A DNA stretch of 62,998 nucleotides, filler included. It is 7 parts of 7 records of this genome, joined end to end, with 100 filler letters (N's around TTAATTAATTAA, not from the genome) between each part and the next. Parts side by side here need not be neighbours in the genome. Positions count along the whole stretch, not along the records: positions 35,335 to 40,942 come from DRR723986_51798; positions 41,043 to 57,661 come from DRR723986_52327; 5 more parts are not named here. One strand, 5' to 3'. A program made the translations under genes and the position numbers. The notes under the pieces are model-generated. The model was not told the DNA's origin and did no database searches. It worked only from the letters and a program-made list of their open reading frames with translations. Below are positions 38,301-48,799 of this stretch, one piece after another. The number at the start of each line of letters is the position of its first letter. The stretch's first letter is position 1.

Positions 38301-40897
38301 CGCTGCTCCCCCCCACCAAGGAGATCCGCAACTCGCTCAAGATGCGCGGGCTGAAGATCCTGGTGCTGCCCGCCGCGGGGCGCGGCGGGGAGGTGTGCGA
38401 GGACGCGGACGGCAAGAAGCCCGAGGGCATGCCGCGCTTCGGCAAGGCGGTCCCCGTGTACTGCGACGAGTGCTCGTTCGACCTGGTGCACTGGTCCGGG
38501 TTCGAGGCGCACGCCCACATCTTCCTGCCCGCTCCCAGCATCGGCTCCACCGAGCGCACGCCGGCGAGCATCGGCGAGCAGCTCCAGCTCGAGAAGGACT
38601 ACTTCGACCTGCTCATCGGCGTGCTGAGAAACAACCAGGAGATCCTGCCCACGGACGTGCACGAGAAGCTCACGCTCGGCGCGACGGAGGTGCCGCCCCA
38701 GTACGTGGAGACCGACATCAAGCTCGGGGTGAGCTCCATGTACGTCCAGATGCCCAAGCTCCTCGGCGGCGCGCGGTTCGGGTACGAGCCGCCCACGTCG
38801 GGCAAGCCCAGCGACGGCGTGCAAGACGTGCCGTACATGTCCCCGCGCTCGGGGCGCACCGTGTCCGGGCTCGCCCGCGTCATCCAGGCCATGGTCATGC
38901 GGGCGCACATAACCCCCAAGCAGCTCTCGTTCAGCACCGCGGACCTCGTGCGGGTGCTGCCCAAGGAGAAGCGCATCATCGGGCTGTGCTTCCGCGTCTC
39001 GGTGTTCTCCTTCAACACGATCCTGTTCCTCGTCACCAAGACGGAGCTGCAGCAGATCATCACGCGCAAGTACTGCGACCGGTGGGGCCACCTCGCCAAG
39101 TACTGGGACGTGCTCGGGGTGGAGTGCGTCGCGGACGTGCGCACGCCAAAGTGCAACCTGCTGCCCAAGATGTTCGTCCTCGACGTCATGCAGGGCTTCT
39201 CCGAGGTCAAGACGTGCACGCACGCCGAGTACACGCCCATGAAGGACCAGGAGCAGGAGATGCTCGACCAGCCGGGCAAGGCCGTGGACCGCTACGACCT
39301 CGAGCCCCACTGCCAGCGGTCGGTGATGGGCGACATCAAGGGCGGCGAGTCGTACTGCTCCAAGCCCCCCGAGCCCCTCCCCAACCCCGTCAACCTCAAC
39401 TACAAGTTCGGCTTCCCCAACCAGGGCGAGGACGAGGCGGAGCAGGAGCGCGACAAGTGCTTTGCCCTCCACCTCGCCGACCCCAACGTGTCCGCAGGGC
39501 CCACCAGCCTCCTGGAGCTGGGGACCGAGACCCGCGAGGAGATCGACAGTGACCCCGGGCTCGGGCTCGAGAGTGACCCCGGGCTCGGGCTCGGGCTGGG
39601 GATCGAGAGCGCGCTCGAGCTCGAGAGCGGGCTCGAGCTCGGGTCCGGCAAGGCGCAAAAGTTCCGCCGCGAGACGATCAACGAGATCTCCAAGGTGGAG
39701 ATCGCGCGCGAGCGGCGGCGGGCCAAGGCGCAGGCGATCGTGGCGCAGCAGCAGTCGGCGCAGTGGCAGGTCGGGGCAGGCTCGCCGAGCACGCCCCCCG
39801 CGCTGGCACCGACCGTGCTGGGGGAGGGCGGCGACGGCGACGTGCCCGACTTCAACGAGGTGCTCAAGGCCACGGTGATGCCCGGGCTGGTGGGCGACGA
39901 CATCCTCAACGCGACGCTCCAGGCGGAGAAGATGTTCATGCCCGAGTGCCACGAGGACAAGGCGGTGACGCTGTTCGCGGTCAACGACGTGACCACCTTC
40001 GAGGACCTCGTCGACGTGGAGCAGCTCGTGCTGGCGGGCATGGTGCTGGACAACCTCCTCCCCGGCGACAACCCCAAGTTCCTGACCAAGTTCAAGTTCA
40101 TCGTGTACGCCTCGTGCGCGTTCGACCTCGCCGGCAGGCAGGCCTACCTGGACGCCAAGGGCGACCCCAAGAAGTGCGGCGGGTACCGCCTGTTCGAGGC
40201 CAAGGGCTTGGCGCAGGTGCTGTTCCAGCCGTCGGGCTTCCCCGACCCCAGCAACGGCGGGCAGTGGGCCGTGGACAAGGTGCTGGAGATCGGCGGGTCG
40301 CTGTGGATCGACGTCATCGAGGGCGTGCCCCAGTTCGCGTGCGACATCACCAACGCCGACTTCTCCAGCGTCGAGGTGTGCTGCTCCCAGCTCGACCCCG
40401 ACGTCGACTACCTCAAGAGCTTCCCGCACCGCAAGGCCATCCCCCTCTCCCGCAACGAGGACGCCAAGGCGATGTTCCAGTGCGGCTCGGACGGCTTCCC
40501 GCGCTTCGAGTTTGCGCTGCTCCGCGAGGCCGGCGAGCTGGTGCTGCGCGAGTTCGAGTTCCACGACCTGCTGCTGCAGGACCTGCTCCGCATCCTGGTG
40601 CACTGGACGGGCCGCCACAAGAAGCTCAGCGTCGCCCTGAAGGACGTCTTCGAGGGGTTCAAGCAAATGGGCGAGGCCGTGCTGACGTTCCCCGTGCACG
40701 CCGTGCTCGCGAGCGGCGCCGGCGTCAGGGGCGTGCTCTTCCTGGGCGCGCCCCTCACGTGGACGGTCAACGGCGAGGACTTTGTGCTGGAGGGCCCGAG
40801 GCAGCTCTGCGAGGCTGTGGTGTCTGTGGGCAAGCAGGCTGCCCCGGAACGGCAGGACGAGGTCACGGAGATGCTCAAGAAGTGCGCCCAGTTGTAG
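35376..40897 (+). CDS. Large uncharacterised eukaryotic protein, probable terminal exon (~1840 codons)
   Basis: Strong G/C third-position bias in this frame, protein-like composition, low-complexity linkers; candidate acceptor CACAG|G at 35375/35376 after an intronic GT repeat. Confidence 0.75.
39548..39595 (+). repeat. 24-bp coding tandem repeat (SDPGLGL x2)
   Basis: AGTGACCCCGGGCTCGGGCTCG repeated with period 24. Confidence 0.85.
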
Positions 40898-40913
40898 CGC
40901 TTGGCGGGGGAAG

Positions 40914-40942
40914 CGCGTGCGCGTGCGTGCGTGCGTGCGTGC
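40914..40942. repeat. (GCGT)n microsatellite
   Basis: GCGTGCGTGCGT run after the stop codon. Confidence 0.9.
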
Positions 40943-41042
40943 NNNNNNNNNNNNNNNNNNNNNNNNNNNNNNNNNNNNNNNNNNNNTTAATTAATTAANN
41001 NNNNNNNNNNNNNNNNNNNNNNNNNNNNNNNNNNNNNNNNNN
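40943..41042. other. Artificial contig linker
   Basis: N44-TTAATTAATTAA-N44. Confidence 0.98.
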
Positions 41043-41060
41043 GGGAGCAAATTTGCTCCC
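41043..41060. terminator. Palindrome downstream of mutS2 (possible terminator)
   Basis: GGGAGCAAATTTGCTCCC perfect palindrome 9 nt past the stop. Confidence 0.45.
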
Positions 41061-41069
41061 CATTTTTGT

Positions 41070-43457
41070 TTATTTCAGGGTTATCAGCGTGACTCCTGCC
41101 CCACCACGGTCTGCATGCTCATCCTCCATATGTCTTACTTGACTCATGTCTTTCAGAAAATTTCGTGTCAAATCTCTCAATATCCCATTGCCTTTTCCAT
41201 GGACTATTCTGAGATCTTTAAGTCCAAGCATAAATCCTTCATCAACGAAAGTTTGAATCAATGAGAGTATCTCTTCCCCTCGTTTTCCTCTCAAATCAAG
41301 ATTAGGTGAATAATCCATCATCTTTTCATTGGTATTATACCCACTTCTTGAGGCAGCAGCCTTCTTTTCTTTTTTTACTTCACCTTGAGATATCTTCTCT
41401 AATCTCGAAAGTTTCACTTTCGATTTGAGTTCACCGATGGAAAGTTCAATTTCATTCCCTTTCACCTGAAGCACTTCTGCTATCGCTCCATTATCTTTAA
41501 GTCTCACCCAATCTCCTACGCCTATTTTCCCACCTAATATTTTTATCTCTGGACTCTTGACGACATTCTTTTCAGGCCTGACTGTTTCTTTAAACTCCTC
41601 CAGATCTTTCCTCACCAGCTTAGTGACCTCTTTCTCAGCCTTGCCTTCCTTAATCTCACGAATAGTAGCTTCAATTTTCTTGTTTGCCTGATCTAACAAT
41701 TGCTTGGCCTCCTGCTTTGCTTCTTGGAGATATCGTTTTTTAGTTGTCTCCATGGTCTCTTTCAGCTCATTATATTCCTGAAGTCGTGTTTTCAACAAAC
41801 GTTCTTTTGCCTTCACATCGGCTAGCAAAGTGGAATATTGATTCTTCTCGTTTTCTACTTGAGTTAGTAATCTATCGTACCGAACTCTCTCTTCACCAAT
41901 CTGTTCTTTGGCATACTTCAAAATCTCCCTAGGAATACCAATTTTGGAAGCAATCTCCAAAGCGAAAGAAGAGCCCGGTTTACCAATTTCAAGCTGATAG
42001 AGTGGCTCTAGCTTATCTACATCGTAGCGCATGGCGCCATTTACCATACCTTGGTTTTTGTTTGCGATTTGCTTCAAATTGCCGTAGTGAGTCGTAATCA
42101 CACCATACGCACCGAGTTTATTCAGTGCCAATAGAATGGATTCGGCTATAGCACCACCAAACTGCGGCTCTGTACCTGTACCAAATTCATCTATAAAAAG
42201 TATGGTTTTCTTATTTGCAAAAAGCGAAAAATGCTTCATACTCATCAAGTGTGAGCTATAAGTACTTAGGTCATTTTCCAGATTTTGCTCATCGCCAATA
42301 TCTATAAAGAAATTATCAAATAAGGAGCTTTTGGAATCGGGGTGCACTGGGATAAGCATCCCACACTGTAGCATATACTGAAGAAGTGCCACGGTTTTTA
42401 AGGTCACCGATTTCCCTCCGGCATTTGGCCCGGAGATTACTAGTAAGCGCTCATGTCCACTGAGTTTTACATCGAGCGGAACGATGTTTTTCCCCTGCGA
42501 CTTTAGCGCCATTTCTAACAAGGGATGTCGGGCTTTGGTCCAAGTTAATTGTCTTTCCTTGGTGATTTCCGGTCTACAGCTATCAGTCTTTTGAGCAAAT
42601 TTTGCTTTGGCACGGATAAAATCCATTAGCCCAAGAAAATTTGTTGCCTTCCTCAAGGCAGGTATAGCAGGTCGGATCTTATCAGTCAGCTGAATGAGAA
42701 TCTTGATAATCTCCCTGCGCTCCATATACTCCAAGTCACGAATCTCATTATTGATATCCAAAGCCTCTTCTGGCTCCATAAATACCGTCTGCCCTGTCGC
42801 TGATTCATCGTGAATAAAACCTCTGAGTTTACGCTTATTTTCTGCAGCAATGGGAATCACTAATCTGCCTGAACGCACTGTAATTGCAGAATCCTCCGTG
42901 GTAAGTCCTTTTGCTCTGGCTTCCTTGAAGACGCGATCCATCACCTTCCGAAGACGGCTTTCTTCATACAATATCTGAGTACGGATAAGCTGCAATTCCC
43001 GACTGGCATTGCTCCTCATCTTGCCTTTCTCATCGATTATTAGCTCAATCGCTTTGAGTAAACCCATATCGAGATCCATCAGCAATCCTAGTAGCTGGCT
43101 GAGTACTGGATATTCTTCTTCTCTTTTCTGAAAAAAGGAAATACAACCTCTGAGTGTATCCAGAGAAAGTTTGATCTCATAAAAATCCTCCACATCAAGA
43201 AAAGCGTTCTCCAGTTTGGCTTTCTCTAAATAGGGGTTCAGATTGGTAAAATTAGAAGAAGGAAAAAGGTCTCCGGAGATTAAAATCTGGCGAAATTCCT
43301 CGGTTTGATCAAGTAATTTGGTCACCAGATTAAAATCTGATGAGAAAGCCAAACGATCCACATATTGCATTCCAAGTGGGGAGGTACACTCGGTTTTGAG
43401 GAGTTCTTTGACTTTAATGAAATTTACTTTGTGTTCGAGATTACGAGGGTATAGCAT
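41070..43457 (-). CDS. mutS2: Endonuclease MutS2
   Basis: SGPNAGGKS, DIGDEQ, DEFGTGTEP, TTHY, coiled coil, KOW and Smr domain (LDLRG, IVHGKGNG). Confidence 0.96.
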   Translation of the reverse strand: MLYPRNLEHKVNFIKVKELLKTECTSPLGMQYVDRLAFSSDFNLVTKLLDQTEEFRQILISGDLFPSSNFTNLNPYLEKAKLENAFLDVEDFYEIKLSLDTLRGCISFFQKREEEYPVLSQLLGLLMDLDMGLLKAIELIIDEKGKMRSNASRELQLIRTQILYEESRLRKVMDRVFKEARAKGLTTEDSAITVRSGRLVIPIAAENKRKLRGFIHDESATGQTVFMEPEEALDINNEIRDLEYMERREIIKILIQLTDKIRPAIPALRKATNFLGLMDFIRAKAKFAQKTDSCRPEITKERQLTWTKARHPLLEMALKSQGKNIVPLDVKLSGHERLLVISGPNAGGKSVTLKTVALLQYMLQCGMLIPVHPDSKSSLFDNFFIDIGDEQNLENDLSTYSSHLMSMKHFSLFANKKTILFIDEFGTGTEPQFGGAIAESILLALNKLGAYGVITTHYGNLKQIANKNQGMVNGAMRYDVDKLEPLYQLEIGKPGSSFALEIASKIGIPREILKYAKEQIGEERVRYDRLLTQVENEKNQYSTLLADVKAKERLLKTRLQEYNELKETMETTKKRYLQEAKQEAKQLLDQANKKIEATIREIKEGKAEKEVTKLVRKDLEEFKETVRPEKNVVKSPEIKILGGKIGVGDWVRLKDNGAIAEVLQVKGNEIELSIGELKSKVKLSRLEKISQGEVKKEKKAAASRSGYNTNEKMMDYSPNLDLRGKRGEEILSLIQTFVDEGFMLGLKDLRIVHGKGNGILRDLTRNFLKDMSQVRHMEDEHADRGGAGVTLITLK

Positions 43458-43798
43458 TAATATTGGTCAATTTCTTTTACTCTTACATCAAGAGAATCAA
43501 ATACTCGGAAGTAAATCCGCTCCATTTCAGCAACATCACGGAGGTAATACAACATACTTTTGGTAAAAACAGAATCACTCACCTCATGTTTGAGAAAAAC
43601 ATCTTTTTCTAACAGTTTATAAAGCGCATTCAAGGAATCATTCGAAAATGGCATTTCCTGAACAAGGGTCTCTGTGCTATGAATATCTATCAGTACCTCA
43701 ACCATTTTGTCCTGAGACAAATAGTCTTCTGGCTCAGTTTCAGAAACACACCCTACTATTAGTAGAATAAAAAAACCGAAGATCAGAAATCTTTTCAC
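43457..43798 (-). CDS. DUF4296 domain lipoprotein (copy 2)
   Basis: Lipobox IVGC, DKMVEVLIDIH, F.KSMLYY. Confidence 0.8.
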   Translation of the reverse strand: MKRFLIFGFFILLIVGCVSETEPEDYLSQDKMVEVLIDIHSTETLVQEMPFSNDSLNALYKLLEKDVFLKHEVSDSVFTKSMLYYLRDVAEMERIYFRVFDSLDVRVKEIDQY

Positions 43799-44071
43799 AG
43801 ATCAAAATTAAGTTTATTAACGGAAAACCTCGGCAGCATTGGGGCAAATGAAAATTTATGATTCGAGTAAGATGATTAACTAAAAATACACCAATCAAGT
43901 TTCATGAATGGATTATTAAACCACCTCACAAAAATTGAAGGCACCTGCCATACTATAAAAATTCGATTGATGGGAGAAGCCAATAGCTACTCGTATGAAA
44001 ATCAAGATGATCAGCGTACTACAGTCTAAATGTAACAGTACAGAAAATTCTCAGCGGTCCTTTGTCTTGCA

Positions 44072-44422
44072 TTAGAATTGGTCTATCGTACCGCCGGTAG
44101 ATTCTCTTACCATAAGTGAATCTACCACGCGAGAATAAATTCGCTCCATTTCTGAAGGATCACGCAGGTAATACAACATGCTCTGTGTGAAAACTGAATC
44201 ACTCACTTGATGTTTGATGAAAACATCTTTTTCAAGCAAATTATAAAGCACTTTTGACGAATCATATGCTATTGGCATAGCGCTCGTAAGTCCCTCAGTA
44301 ATATGAATATCTATCAACACTTCCACCATCTTATCTTCGGGCAAGAGACCAGTTGGCTTATTGTTAGAATTACAACTCACAAAGGTTAGGATGCAAAAAC
44401 TTTGTATCAGAAATCTTTTCAC
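44072..44422 (-). CDS. DUF4296 domain lipoprotein (copy 1)
   Basis: Lipobox FVSC, DKMVEVLIDIH, FTQSMLYY. Confidence 0.82.
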   Translation of the reverse strand: MKRFLIQSFCILTFVSCNSNNKPTGLLPEDKMVEVLIDIHITEGLTSAMPIAYDSSKVLYNLLEKDVFIKHQVSDSVFTQSMLYYLRDPSEMERIYSRVVDSLMVRESTGGTIDQF

Positions 44423-44528
44423 AGGTTAAAATTAGGTTTTTTTAACGGAAAATCTCTCCACCCTTCATGTAACTGAAATTTTATAATTCAGCTTAGAAGC
44501 ATAACTTAGGCCGTTCAAATCACCATTC

Positions 44529-45407
44529 ATGAACGAATTATTCAGCAAGCTCAGAAAATACGAAATCATGATCCGAAAGGTGGCCAATAATCACCTGCAA
44601 GGAGAATATCAGTCACTTTTTAAAGGGTCGGGGTTGGAATTTGATGATCTCCGTCCATACCAGTATGGTGACGATATTCGTACGATAGAATGGAAAGTAT
44701 CTGCAAAAGGACACGGCACATTCGTAAAAACGTTTCGAGAAGATAAGGAACAGTCAGTTTTCTTTCTTTTAGACATTAGTGGTAGTCAGGATATAGGACA
44801 GCCGGGAAATAAAAAAATTGATCAAGGAAAGATTATTGCGGGAGTACTAACACTTGCCGCGGTTTTTGATGGAAGCCAGGTTGGGTTAATCAGCTATTCA
44901 GATCAACGCGAAAAGCTGATACTCCCTTCAAAAGGAAGCAAACAAGGAGTAAAAATGATTCGAGGAATCTTTGATCATGAAAATATTTCCTTGAAGACAG
45001 ATCTGAACTCGATGTTTATGTTTGCTCTAAACCTTATCAAAAAAAGAGCTGTAATTGTAATTATTTCTGACTTTATCGATGAAGGCTACGAACGCCCATT
45101 CCGAGCTTTGGCGGAGCGACATGATGTAGTGGCAATCCAATTAACGGACCCTCGTGAATCAGCTTTACCTTCTTTGGGAATTATACCAGTGTTTGATAAA
45201 GAGAAAGGGAAAACAACTTGGGTGAATACTGCATTTGGGAGCTTTTCTAAAAAAATAGCGGATACCTTTACTTCTGAGCGAGAGAATTTGAAGAATATCT
45301 GTAAAAAGAATCAAATAAACTACCTAGCTATAGATACCTCGCAGGATATAGTTGGGCCTCTACTAGAGCTTTTTAAGTACCGAAACAAAAGTATGAAACG
45401 TGGCTAA
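44529..45407 (+). CDS. DUF58 domain protein
   Basis: FKGSGLEFDDLRPYQYGDDIRTIEW, DISGS, ISDF. Confidence 0.92.
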   Translation: MNELFSKLRKYEIMIRKVANNHLQGEYQSLFKGSGLEFDDLRPYQYGDDIRTIEWKVSAKGHGTFVKTFREDKEQSVFFLLDISGSQDIGQPGNKKIDQGKIIAGVLTLAAVFDGSQVGLISYSDQREKLILPSKGSKQGVKMIRGIFDHENISLKTDLNSMFMFALNLIKKRAVIVIISDFIDEGYERPFRALAERHDVVAIQLTDPRESALPSLGIIPVFDKEKGKTTWVNTAFGSFSKKIADTFTSERENLKNICKKNQINYLAIDTSQDIVGPLLELFKYRNKSMKRG

Positions 45408-46296
45408 GACGCTCAAAATCTTATTATTTCTACTCATACCCTACCTGAGCAATGCGCAACAGGTAAAGGTGGATGGCTACTTCATGCAAGACTCCGCTAA
45501 GATAGGCGAACGGGTCGGCTATGTATTGAAGGCAACGTATCCAGAATCCACCCAGATTATTTTTCCTGATTCTACCTTCGATTTTTCTCCGATGGTATTA
45601 CTCGAAAAAAAGACGTATATATCTTATACTCAGGATAGCATAACACAAGACAGTACAGTCTATTTTGTATCCAACTTCTCGTTAGACCCAACTTCCTACC
45701 TGACGTTGCCGGTATATGAACTCGCTAGGTATGACAGTGTGGTCCATTATCCAATGGAGGCGGAACTGAAGCTGAAACTTACACTAGACAGCATTCCAGA
45801 ACAGCTTGTCTTCCAACAGAATAACATTTACCAATCCTTAGAAAAATCCTTCAACTGGATTATTATAGGCATTATTCTAGGTGGCGTGTTGCTGTTACTC
45901 GGAGTTATTTACTTCCTTTTTGCAGATAAATTCCAAGAATATTGGAAGGAAAGAAGAGAGAAAAGACGTTGGGAACAATTTGAAAAAAGATGGAAAACCC
46001 AAACTGCATTGCTTACTAAAGCTCCATCCATTGAATCTGCAGATGAAGTAATTGGTCTTTGGAAAGGATATATGGAGAGTATCACTCATCTTCCAATTAA
46101 AGAATGGACTTCCAGCGAAATAGGTGAGCGATTGGATAATCTTGAGATTTTCAAGGCGCTCAGAGCGATAGATTTGATTATTTATGCCGGAGAATCGTCT
46201 GAAAGCGAAGAGGCAACAAGCTATTTATTAGAAGTGGCAAGAGAGAAATATCAGGAAAAACAAACCAAAATCAAGCATGAGAGAGCAGCTGTCTGA
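45400..46296 (+). CDS. Bat-operon-associated single-pass membrane protein
   Basis: Signal peptide, beta-rich domain, one TM; lies between DUF58 and vWA genes. Confidence 0.7.
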   Translation: MAKTLKILLFLLIPYLSNAQQVKVDGYFMQDSAKIGERVGYVLKATYPESTQIIFPDSTFDFSPMVLLEKKTYISYTQDSITQDSTVYFVSNFSLDPTSYLTLPVYELARYDSVVHYPMEAELKLKLTLDSIPEQLVFQQNNIYQSLEKSFNWIIIGIILGGVLLLLGVIYFLFADKFQEYWKERREKRRWEQFEKRWKTQTALLTKAPSIESADEVIGLWKGYMESITHLPIKEWTSSEIGERLDNLEIFKALRAIDLIIYAGESSESEEATSYLLEVAREKYQEKQTKIKHERAAV

Positions 46297-47320
46297 ATTC
46301 TTTAGCTGGTCCTGGTTTCTGCCTGAGACCTTAAAAAGTTTCGAATGGGAAAATCCGATTTTATTGAATTTGATCTGGATTATTCCAGTATTCATTCTTT
46401 TTAGAACTTTTGTTAAGTTCTTGAAAAACCCTGTTCTCGAGCTTTCCCTTCCAAAACGTATCGCGAATAACAACCCTTGGACTTATTTACGCCTAATTCC
46501 CGCTGGCTTTTTCTATCTATTCCTCATTATGCTTGTAATTGCATTAGCACGACCACAGCGCAGCAATGAGCGAGTGGAGCAATATACCGAGGGCATAGAC
46601 ATCATGCTGGTTTTGGATATTTCCGAATCCATGGATTTGCAGGATTTCACTCCTAATCGTCTTGAAGCGGCTAAAGCTACCGCTACGGAGTTTATAAATG
46701 GCAGAGTTGGAGATAGGATTGGCATGGTGGTATTCGCAGGCGAGGCGTATTCATTGGCCCCTCTAACAAATGACTATGAGCTACTAACAGATTTGGTGCA
46801 AGAAATATCATTCAGCATGATGGAGGCAAAAGGAACTGCTATTGGCTCAGCATTAGCAGCCGGCACCAATAGAATGAAGGAATCCGAGTCTGCTTCTAAG
46901 GTAATGATCCTGCTTAGTGACGGTGAAAGTAATGCAGGTAATGTAGATCCTTTATTCGCTGCAAACCTAGCCGCCGCACTGGATATCAAGCTTTATACGA
47001 TTGCCATGGGCAAGGATGGTCTCGTTCCTTATGGTACAGATTTCTTTGGAAGACCTCAGATGGTAGAAAGCTATTTAGATGAAACCACACTGCGAGAAAT
47101 AGCCAAGGTTGGCAATGGAGAATTTTTCAGAGCTGCTGATGGAGGTACCCTAGCTTCTATTTTTGATAGAATAGACACCTTAGAAAAGACAGAAGTGATA
47201 GAAAATCGTTACAAGGAAACCGCAGATTACTATCGCATATACCTATTTTGGGGTTTGATCTTATTCTTTGTTTGGCTGGGATTGAAAAGCAGTTTCTTAA
47301 ATAACTTCCTACTTGATTAA
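46277..47320 (+). CDS. BatA-like vWA domain protein
   Basis: ALARP, MIDAS DISES, PNRLEAAK, GTAIG, LSDGESNAG. Confidence 0.9.
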   Translation: MREQLSEFFSWSWFLPETLKSFEWENPILLNLIWIIPVFILFRTFVKFLKNPVLELSLPKRIANNNPWTYLRLIPAGFFYLFLIMLVIALARPQRSNERVEQYTEGIDIMLVLDISESMDLQDFTPNRLEAAKATATEFINGRVGDRIGMVVFAGEAYSLAPLTNDYELLTDLVQEISFSMMEAKGTAIGSALAAGTNRMKESESASKVMILLSDGESNAGNVDPLFAANLAAALDIKLYTIAMGKDGLVPYGTDFFGRPQMVESYLDETTLREIAKVGNGEFFRAADGGTLASIFDRIDTLEKTEVIENRYKETADYYRIYLFWGLILFFVWLGLKSSFLNNFLLD

Positions 47321-47358
47321 TAACTTTAATAAGCAAGAATTAGAGAAAGTTTGGGAAC

Positions 47359-47370
47359 TGACTTTAGTCA
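47359..47370. promoter_or_regulatory. Crp/Fnr-family-like site upstream of hemN
   Basis: TGAC-TTTA-GTCA palindrome; the same pattern occurs upstream of the cco operon. Confidence 0.55.
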
Positions 47371-47440
47371 TTAAATTTGGCTTCAGCTATCATATAGGAT
47401 CATAAAATGAAGGGCGTTATTTGCAAAAAAGCAAATCCAA

Positions 47441-48799
47441 ATGCCGAATTCAGCTGAATTAGTCAAAAAGTACAACAGTCCTGCACCCAGATACACTTCT
47501 TATCCTACCGTTCCTCTTTGGGAAAATAACTTAGAGCCTCAGGATTGGAATGACCTGGTAAAGAAAGCATTTATAAACTTTGGTGAGAAAGAAGGGATTT
47601 CTATCTACATCCACTTGCCTTACTGCGAAAGCTTGTGCACCTACTGTGGCTGCAACAAACGAATTACCAAAAACAAACAAGTCCAAGATCCTTACATCGA
47701 AGCATTGCTTGCCGAATGGGAAAAATATAAGGCGATATTTAAGTCCCGCCCTATAATATCTGGAATCCATCTAGGCGGTGGAACTCCCACCTTCTTTGAT
47801 CCTTCAAGTCTGGATCATTTGATTTCAACTATTCTGAAAGGCTCAGCTATCAGTCCTAATGCTGAGTTTAGCTTTGAAGGACATCCGAACAATACAAGTT
47901 TTGAACATTTAAAAACACTGAGCGATCTGGGCTTCAACCGTGTAAGCTATGGAATTCAGGATTTTGATGAGAAAGTTCAGAAAGCCATCCATCGGATCCA
48001 GCCATTTGAGAAAGTAAAATACGCGACAGATTCTGCGCGAATTTTAGGCTACACTTCTATAAATTTTGATTTGATCTACGGATTGCCACATCAAACTATC
48101 AACAGTCTAAGCGACACATTTAATAAAGTAAATGAGTTAAAACCTGACCGGATAGCATTTTATAGTTATGCTCATTTGCCTAGTGCATTTCCTGCACAGC
48201 AGAGCTTCGAGCATTTCTTGCCAACAGAGACCGAGAAGAGTGAACTTTATACATTCGGAAGAACTCTTCTTGTAAAAATGGGATACGTAGAGATAGGTAT
48301 GGACCACTTTGCCCTTGAAAACGATCCTTTGACCCTAGCAAAAAACGAAGGCTCTTTGCATAGAAACTTTATGGGATACACTACTTTACCTTCTAAAATT
48401 CTCATTGGGCTGGGAGCCAGCAGTATCAGTGACGTGTATTATGCTTATGCGCAAACTGACAAGACGATTGAGCGCTATAAAGCTGAGACGATGAAAGGAG
48501 AATGGTCTATACAAAAAGGACACAGACTCAGCAAAATTGACCTACAAATTAGAAGTATAATTCTTGAGTTGATTTGTAGAAAAGAAGCTGAAATCCCAGT
48601 TGAAGTCTGGGAGCAGTTTTCAGAAACTCAAGTTTGGAACCTAAGAGAAATGGAATTAGACGGTCTTATTTCCATAGATTCTACTCTGATCAAAGTATCC
48701 CAAAGAGGAATGAACTTTATTCGAAATATCTGCTCTCAGATCGACCTTCGCCTGTCAAAAAATCAAGCTAAAAAAAACCTTTTCAGCCAGACGGTTTAG
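47441..48799 (+). CDS. hemN: Oxygen-independent coproporphyrinogen III oxidase
   Basis: PRYTSYPT, HLPYCESLCTYCGC radical-SAM motif, GGGTPT, HRNFMGY. Confidence 0.96.
   Translation: MPNSAELVKKYNSPAPRYTSYPTVPLWENNLEPQDWNDLVKKAFINFGEKEGISIYIHLPYCESLCTYCGCNKRITKNKQVQDPYIEALLAEWEKYKAIFKSRPIISGIHLGGGTPTFFDPSSLDHLISTILKGSAISPNAEFSFEGHPNNTSFEHLKTLSDLGFNRVSYGIQDFDEKVQKAIHRIQPFEKVKYATDSARILGYTSINFDLIYGLPHQTINSLSDTFNKVNELKPDRIAFYSYAHLPSAFPAQQSFEHFLPTETEKSELYTFGRTLLVKMGYVEIGMDHFALENDPLTLAKNEGSLHRNFMGYTTLPSKILIGLGASSISDVYYAYAQTDKTIERYKAETMKGEWSIQKGHRLSKIDLQIRSIILELICRKEAEIPVEVWEQFSETQVWNLREMELDGLISIDSTLIKVSQRGMNFIRNICSQIDLRLSKNQAKKNLFSQTV

Noticed and set aside
36794-40699. 1301-aa antisense ORF and other long overlapping ORFs in the high-GC contig
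   Set aside because: Shadow frames caused by extreme GC3 bias; compositions are Arg/Gly/Ala/His-rich and non-protein-like.
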